DNA of 50,127 nt from the NCBI RefSeq assembly GCF_001194135.2, contig NC_068996.1:6175983-6226109 (forward strand), read 5' to 3'. The DNA is from Octopus bimaculoides. Its lineage: Eukaryota. This document shows, piece by piece, positions 42,114 to 50,127 of the stretch. Position 1 is the stretch's first letter; every line of letters begins with the position of its first letter. The notes below the pieces were generated by a model. The model was given only the letters and a program-made list of their open reading frames with translations. It was not told where the DNA came from and searched no databases. Made by a program: the position numbers and the translations under genes.

Positions 42114-44971
42114 AATTATCAATTTATTCAAGCTGTGTCATTTTCATATGGATTTGATATGCTAATGCAACAGCAGACTAATTATATGCAAAGCACTTAA
42201 AAATAATGAACCTTAATAAATTTTACTAGGAGTATAGTGTTAATTGTTCTGCTTGTCTCTCACAGATCACCATTGCTTCCTATAAACCTTTATTGTTTCA
42301 TATTGACACATAACAACCTTGCCCCTTTTTTTCTGTTTTCATCTTGTGTCTGCAACATACAACTGGTATTGTCTTGAATAATTTTAAAAATCTTTCCTAA
42401 CAACTTGATCACATTTGATTGGGTGGAATATAGTTTTGCAGCTTTATTTTGGTCTTCTATTGATGTTTATTTTAGTTTTTAAAATGTATTTTTTCCTAAA
42501 CATTTACTACAATTTAAAAAAAAAAGTAACACTTATTTGAAATTGTTTTTATTGTACCTGTTTTAATGTCTGGTTTTCTTTGCTACCAAGTATAGGATAA
42601 TTCTACAGTAATATTTTACTCTATATCTTTGTCTTCATAATGTAGATAAGGTTCTTTCTCCTAGTACTTATTATAAGCTGAGGGGTATACACACTTTTTT
42701 TTTTGGCCATGTTCATGTTGATCACCCGTCTCTTGAAATTTCTTGATAATTTTCTACACTGTTTGGTTAATTTTAAGATTTTTTGCTATAGCTATATTAC
42801 CTTCACCTCCTTTGGTGAAGGTTATGATTGTATTTTGGTCTATAGCCATTATCTAATTTAGAAATCTAAATTTATCTAGTCTGAAACAAAAAGAAGACAA
42901 ACTAAGCTTTTATAATGATGTATAATTTTCATATCTTATCACATTTATTGATAGTTATTAAAGCCCAAAACTTCAGTTGCCTTAATTTCGGGACACCCTG
43001 TATAAATATTGGATAGTGATCTTTTGATATTTAGTGACTTTTTAAACTCACTTCCAGACAAATAGTGAAGTTATTTCTTAATTGATGTAGTTTCTTTGCA
43101 TTTACTATTCATTTACTATTCATTTACTATTCATCAAATTTCTTACATGCACACTTCTGTGGTCTTAAATTTATTTGTAAAAAGAAAATTTTGGTTGCCA
43201 ATTAATTTTCCTAAATGGTAAACCATGTGGTGTAGAAGGTATACATGTATGGGTCAGACAATGTTTTACCTTGAAATGACAACTTCAGATCATTTTACAA
43301 ACTGCATATTTACCAAAGTGAGCTCCAGAATTCAAGTAAATCAGTTTCATCTGTATGTTTCGGTGATAATCCATATCATGATAGTTCCACAAGTTCAGTC
43401 TGACGAAGGGTAAGCGTCAGAAATTCGACACTACTCATGGCATGTGAACTTTTAAAGTTTTTCTAGGGACACTCCTATAAACATTTTTGTCTAACTCTAT
43501 ATGAAAATTAAATTTGCTAGATTAGATTTTCAATTTTCGCAAAATATAATATTGCTATGCTCAGTTCACTGTTACAGAGTTCAGTCCATTTCTTTGACAG
43601 TTGTACTCCATTCACGGTTTTTGTACTCAGTTGGTAGCATTTGTACTCTACAGACTTGAGTTGTGTGATTTGGCTGTCAGCTGCCATATTCATTTGGCAG
43701 TTGTTGTCCTCATTTCACTGTTGCAATGTACTCCATTGACTGTTTGTTGTTTTCAGTTGACTGTTATCTGGTTGAGTCGACAGCTGTCCCATTTAGCCAA
43801 CAGGTGCCCAGCTAGGCTCACAGACACTCTGCTCAGTTCACTGTTATTCAGCTGACAATCAACATATCCCAGTTATCTTTGAATGTAGCATATAATTAGT
43901 AAATTGAATGCTTATGAAAGACACATTGATCTACAATTTTAACATATTGTGTTGTTGGCAGTGTTTTTAATTTTAACTTTATATAATTCATTTTTTGCAT
44001 CATAGCATCAAAAGGCCAATCACTTATTCATTTCCATTCTGGTGGTGAGAGTGATAAGGAAGTCTGTGAAATTCAAGTAAATAGCACATGCCAGTTCTCT
44101 TGCTGGTGTGTGTGTGTGTGTATGTTATACAGACCCACCCACCACCACCACCATACATTGCCACCTTCCCCTCCCAAATACTTCTTTCTATATCTTCCTC
44201 TTCTGTTCGTTTCTGTCTTGCAAGTTGAATTGCAACTTTGCTAGTGTTATGGAAAAAAAAAAAGCATACAGTACACTGTTAATTGGTTGGCATTAGGAAG
44301 GGCATTCAACTGCAGAGACCAGACCAAAAATGACATTGGAGCTCAATACAGCCCTGCATCTTGTCAGTTTTCTGTCAAACCATTCTACCCATGCCAATAT
44401 GGAAAGCAGACATTAATGATGATGAGGATGATATAAATATGATGGGTTTCTACATATGTCTGTACAGCATTTTATGAAGCATTAGTAATTTTTAGATTTA
44501 TTATAGAAGTTACCTTACCTGAGGTCTTATGCAAAGGAATTTGGCTTAGAACTATGCAAATTTCTTAATCACATACCCTCCCTTGAATCACTTGATTATA
44601 CAGCATGTCTACTGTCTATTCCCTATCAATTTATTATACACCCACTTGCTGAAGTTGCAGTAAGGTACTCTGAATTGAAGACAAATATGTGAAGGGCTTT
44701 TTTCAGTTTCCATCTACCAAATCCACTCACAAAGCTTTGGGTTATAGTAGAAGGTACTTGCTTAAGCTGCCATGCAGTGGGGCTTAGCCTAAACTATGTG
44801 GTTGTGAAGCAAACTTCTTAGCCACACTGCTTTGTTTCATTCAGTATTTGAATTTAAATGGTTAGTCAAGAATATCGACATTCATTCTGAGATTTATCTA
44901 AGTAACTGTTTTTTCCTTATTTAATATATTGGAAATAACATATTAAAAGTAAATGCAATTGCTCTTTCTTT

Positions 44972-45003
<32 letters not shown>

Positions 45004-45030
45004 ATACAGCATACAACTAATTAACAAGTA

Positions 45031-46820
45031 GCTCACAAAAAGGCACAGACTCACAAATAGGCACAGCATCACAAATAGGCACAGCATCACAAATAGGCAC
45101 AGCATCACAAATAGGCACAGCATCACAAATAGGCACAGCATCACAAATAGGNNNNNNNNNNNNNNNNNNNNNNNNNNNNNNNNNNNNNNNNNNNNNNNNN
45201 NNNNNNNNNNNNNNNNNNNNNNNNNNNNNNNNNNNNNNNNNNNNNNNNNNNNNNNNNNNNNNNNNNNNNNNNNNNNNNNNNNNNNNNNNNNNNNNNNNNN
45301 NNNNNNNNNNNNNNNNNNNNNNNNNNNNNNNNNNNNNNNNNNNNNNNNNNNNNNNNNNNNNNNNNNNNNNNNNNNNNNNNNNNNNNNNNNNNNNNNNNNN
45401 NNNNNNNNNNNNNNNNNNNNNNNNNNNNNNNNNNNNNNNNNNNNNNNNNNNNNNNNNNNNNNNNNNNNNNNNNNNNNNNNNNNNNNNNNNNNNNNNNNNN
45501 NNNNNNNNNNNNNNNNNNNNNNNNNNNNNNNNNNNNNNNNNNNNNNNNNNNNNNNNNNNNNNNNNNNNNNNNNNNNNNNNNNNNNNNNNNNNNNNNNNNN
45601 NNNNNNNNNNNNNNNNNNNNNNNNNNNNTCACAAATAGGCACAGCATCACAAATAGGCACAGCATCACAAATAGGCACAGCATCACAAATAGGCACAGTA
45701 TCACAAATAGGCACAGTATCACAAATAGGCACAGAATCACAAATAGGCACAACCTGACAAATAGGCACAGCATCACAAATAGGCTGTGCCTATTTGTGAT
45801 TCTGTGCCTATTTGTGATGCTGTGCCTATTTGTCAGGTTGTGCCTATTTGTGATACTGTGCCTATTTGTGATACTGTGCCTATTTGTGATTCTGTGCCTA
45901 TTTGTGAGGCTGTGCCTATTTGTGAGGCTGTGCCTATTTGTGAGGCTGTGCCTATTTGTGATGCTGTGCCTATTTGTGATACTGTGCCTATTTGTCAGGT
46001 TGTNNNNNNNNNNNNNNNNNNNNNNNNNNNNNNNNNNNNNNNNNNNNNNNNNNNNNNNNNNNNNNNNNNNNNNNNNNNNNNNNNNNNNNNNNNNNNNNNN
46101 NNNNNNNNNNNNNNNNNNNNNNNNNNNNNNNNNNNNNNNNNNNNNNNNNNNNNNNNNNNNNNNNNNNNNNNNNNNNNNNNNNNNNNNNNNNNNNNNNNNN
46201 NNNNNNNNNNNNNNNNNNNNNNNNNNNNNNNNNNNNNNNNNNNNNNNNNNNNNNNNNNNNNNNNNNNNNNNNNNNNNNNNNNNNNNNNNNNNNNNNNNNN
46301 NNNNNNNNNNNNNNNNNNNNNNNNNNNNNNNNNNNNNNNNNNNNNNNNNNNNNNNNNNNNNNNNNNNNNNNNNNNNNNNNNNNNNNNNNNNNNNNNNNNN
46401 NNNNNNNNNNNNNNNNNNNNNNNNNNNNNNNNNNNNNNNNNNNNNNNNNNNNNNNNNNNNNNNNNNNNNNNNNNNNNNNNNNNNNNNNNNNNNNNNNNNN
46501 NNNNNNNNNNNNNNNNNNNNNNNNNNNNNNNNNNNNNNNNNNNNNNNNNNNNNNNNNNNNNNNNNNNNNNNNNNNNNNNNNNNNNNNNNNNNNNNNNNNN
46601 NNNNNNNNNNNNNNGCACAGCCTCACAAATAGGCACAGTATCACAAATAGGCACAGTATCACAAATAGGCACAGAATCACAAATAGGCACAGCATCACAA
46701 ATAGGCACAGCATCACAAATAGGCACAGCATCACAAATAGGCACAGCATCACAAATAGGCACAACCTGACAAATAGGCACAGAATCACAAATAGGCACAA
46801 TATCACAAATAGGCACAGCA
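45031..46820. repeat. 18-bp minisatellite (GCACAGCATCACAAATAG) with an internal inverted block
   Basis: Forward units 45031-45784, reverse units 45783-46003, forward again 46615-46820; two N-gaps inside. Confidence 0.95.
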
Positions 46821-46889
46821 TTAAAATACTCATGCACTGAGCTAACGTATTACAATCAATTTAGTCGTCTAAATGTAAAGTCTTTTCAT

Positions 46890-47415
46890 CATGCTCATTT
46901 GATATTCAATTTCCGTGCTGGCATGGGTCAGGAAGTTTCTTTCAACACAGTGGCTCATCACTTTTTAGGTCCTTGTTTTTTCCTTTATGACACACAATTT
47001 TGCATTCAGCCTTCTTCCCTTCTTCCCATGTCTTCCTCAGCCTTTTTCTTCAGCCAGTTCCTTCCACTTGCATTACATGTTACATCTTTACACAACTAGC
47101 ATCATTCCAACGCATCACATGCTCATCCCAGCACTGACATCTTTCTTGCACACTGGGGCTAATTCCTCTTAAACTTAGTTTTCCTCTCAGCTTGTCAGTT
47201 CTTCGTCATTCATATATACTAATGTTGTACATCCATCAGAACATGCTTCACTTGTTCTTCTCCAGCCGTTGCATATCCTCTGTAGTCAGTGCCCACGTTT
47301 CACAATAATACAACATAGAATTTCACACATGAACATCATATAATTTACACCTTGCTCAGAGAGAGAAAAACACTTTGTTGCTAACAGAGGTAATTGTTCC
47401 CTTAACTTTTTACCT
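46890..47415 (-). mobile_element. RTE-clade LINE 3' end, decayed
   Basis: GKKLREQLPLLATK...YCETWALTTEDMQRLEK...HVMRW...VEGTG*RKRLRKTWEE, followed by tail cccatgccagcacggaaa...gatg. Confidence 0.85.
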
Positions 47416-48517
47416 CTCTGTCCTTACTCTGGCTCCTATACTTACACAACATCTCCATTTCCACTTTTACTTTCTTCAGTGTAACTATTGAAGTCTGAAT
47501 TGTTTGTTAAGCTATGTTTGAATACATTCTAAAGAAGTTACTCATTATCTCATAAGATTAAAGATAGTGTTAGCGCAGTTTTGCACAACATAATCTGACA
47601 GCTGCGATGAGAATGAATGTACTCTGATTTTGAATGTGCAAGATTGTTTAAAAATGTGGAAACATTTCATATAGACACAATAATAAAAATAATAATAATA
47701 ATAATCTCGTTAATTTTCAGCAGGAAATTTTCTTTGAACATTGTTTGTACAACCAGCAGTTTACCATGTTTATGATGTAAGAGGAATATTTCTCATAGTA
47801 ACACTTAAATATTTGGAAACCCTGTAGTACACATATACCCACCCTGGTTATCACTATGCACAAGTCAAAAGTTACTGGAAAATCTATCATGAAATCAACA
47901 ACTTCAAGCTTATTTAGAGCATCCTGCTCCCCTGTGAATAATTCCTCATATCTTTGTTTTCAATAGCACAAAAATAAATGGTTAATTCTTTCCACTTGGT
48001 CAAAATGTTGCTCATTACAAGCTAGCTTCTAATACCTGAAAAAACATTTTACAAATCTTACTGATTTCTTCACTTACTCTATTACCTGCAAATGCACTGT
48101 AAGTTTCTAAGGCTGTGTAATTAACGTATTCAAATATATAATAGATGATGAATTTAATCTTCTGTTGCACAGTTTTATACCACCACTTGGCTCTTTGGTG
48201 TTTTTATTCCATTTTAATTCTACTCTGTTGTGAGCATTCAGACTTGGTTTTTGGTTTAAGTTGTGTTTTCTTCTGTATTTCCTTCACACCTGTATCAGAA
48301 GCCTTGCAAAACAAATTATTGGCTCTTTTCCCATGTTTAACCCCAAAGTACCCAATACATGAAGTGTGGTATACTTCAGGCCTGTTGCTTTTGTACTAAG
48401 ATCTTGCACAATCAACTACTCTGCAAGCTCACTGAAGATCATTGTGTCCAAATTTCTTAGACGCCAGCTTAAAACCCTTACACAGAAATAACAACAGGCA
48501 CTGTATTTATGTATGTA

Positions 48518-48551
<34 letters not shown>

Positions 48552-49050
48552 AAATGTACTGCTCTGTTATTGGTGGGATCAACCAAAAAAAAAAAAGTAC
48601 TCCATCCATTGAGAAATAAATATCATTTTATATACAGAGGATTTAAGTTCAAGCAACTCTTTGTTTCATGTCACTGAAAACACTAGCTTGGAAATATATG
48701 GCATGCTATACAAGGTTGTCTGACCTTTGTATTTTTGGAGACATGAAACTAATAGCTCAAATTTAAATCCTGTGTATATAAAATATGTAAAGTCTACTGA
48801 TAACTCTTAAAAATCTTTCACATTTATAATCTGCATGAACTCTTTGTTTCAATTCTATGTTTGTGTTTACCAAATTGTTTTTTGCTCTCTGTTCTACAAT
48901 ATTGATTAGATAAAAGATACAGTCTCTAGTAAATTAAATGTCGTCTTTTTAGCAAATCTTCCTCGAATTACACCCTACTATCTTAGAAGAACTGTAAATG
49001 GAACACATCCTTGAGAATTTAATTTTCTTTAACTGTTTGGCATTTGGATT

Positions 49051-49100
<50 letters not shown>

Positions 49101-49611
49101 ACATGTAATGCTTATTTATTCACATTGTTTTAAATTAATCATGTATTATCTCATAGCTTTGAAATTGCAGTGGTGTGATTGTTTATTTTTGGAATGACAT
49201 GGTAGGGGAGGTATGAGAGGCCAGATATGGCCAATTTGAACATAAAAGAGATAAAATATTTAGGCCGGAATGACTAGTTTAAATACTAAAGAGTTAAATT
49301 CAATAGTTCTATAATTTTATATTAATCCAGCTCACCATTAATATTATCCATATAAACATTTTATCAGATAACCTAAGATAAGTTTCAGTTGGTAAACATT
49401 TGAATCATGGTTAATTAATAGTTTGTAATAAATTTTGCTCATGTCTTAAGCAAATTGGTTTACTTTTTGAATATAACTTATTGAATCCAACCCATAAAGT
49501 ACGTTGATGTTTCAAGTGGTATGAGTCTGCTTGTCTGGGATTCATCATGTATTAGAAGCCATTGCAAACCTATGTTTCTGCAAATTGTTCTTGAGACCTA
49601 AGAATCATGCA

Positions 49612-49647
<36 letters not shown>

Positions 49648-49867
49648 GCATAAGTAAATGTGGTCATTAGAGGACTCTCATTTTGTTAGAATTTTTCCTT
49701 CCCAACCACAATTAAGAGCCCTCTCTACTCGCTGGCGGTACCTACCCACCACCACTACCCATTTTCCTTTATTCAAAAATTCTTATCGCTCCTTAAAATT
49801 ATGGCTTTTAAGTGTTGATTTCTCAGCCCAAGAATTACAGCGTGATGTGCTGCTTGACTGGTCCCCC

Positions 49868-49899
<32 letters not shown>

Positions 49900-50127
49900 T
49901 TATATATATATATGATGATGATGATGATGATCTTTTCTCCCGCCATGCCTCTGTCTACCCCTCCATCCCCCTTCGTAGTTTTTCCTTTAAGGTCTTCAGG
50001 TTCTGGCTATATATAAATGAGAAACCCATTCTAAATTATCTCGCTGACGTACTACGACGAAATACCCAAGATGCAGATAAGATAGAGATTTTTATTTATT
50101 TACGGCCTCAAACATCTCAATACCTTG

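Noticed and set aside
42960-42982. Tc1/mariner-like terminus (reverse complement TACAGGGTGTCCCGAAATT)
   Set aside because: No partner TIR or transposase remnant found, so no element can be delimited.
44917-46840. Hexapeptide-repeat ORFs (VPICDA, QIGTAS, NRHSIT, MLCLFV) as a repetitive protein
   Set aside because: An 18-bp unit lacking stops is open in several frames on both strands; no splice or start context, half the length is N, and the array switches strand.
48638-48714. Possible plus-strand internal exon (DLSSSNSLFHVTENTSLEIYGMLYK)
   Set aside because: Plausible acceptor but weak donor (gttgtc) and no recognisable protein motif.

Overview
AT-rich, repeat-dense animal genomic DNA with 11 N-gaps (about 3.4 kb). 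The SINE, MITE and LINE repertoire resembles a coleoid cephalopod, most likely Octopus; this is an inference, not a database result. One complete protein-coding gene can be assembled by hand: PEX12 on the minus strand, 8 coding exons (26657-26535, 19932-19824, 18380-18274, 13279-13187, 11307-11078, 9172-8986, 8317-8232, 6241-6127), 1050 nt / 349 aa, all GT-AG with matching phases. The rest is mostly decayed mobile DNA: RTE LINE fragments, a Penelope-like element, an R4/Dong-type element, mariner, piggyBac and pogo-type MITEs, at least four SINE families, and micro- and minisatellites. The most unusual observations are: (1) a Penelope RT fragment at about 1470-1930 that looks A-to-G hypermutated on its sense strand, as expected for an ADAR-hyperedited RNA that was reverse-transcribed and fixed in the genome; (2) two minimal hammerhead-ribozyme folds (2846-2886, 15489-15535); (3) an 18-bp satellite with a fold-back inversion; (4) inverted SINE pairs around PEX12 exons; (5) a possible unannotated promoter and first exon near 38.2 kb. 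Almost all long ORFs in the supplied track are artefacts of microsatellites or N-gaps.
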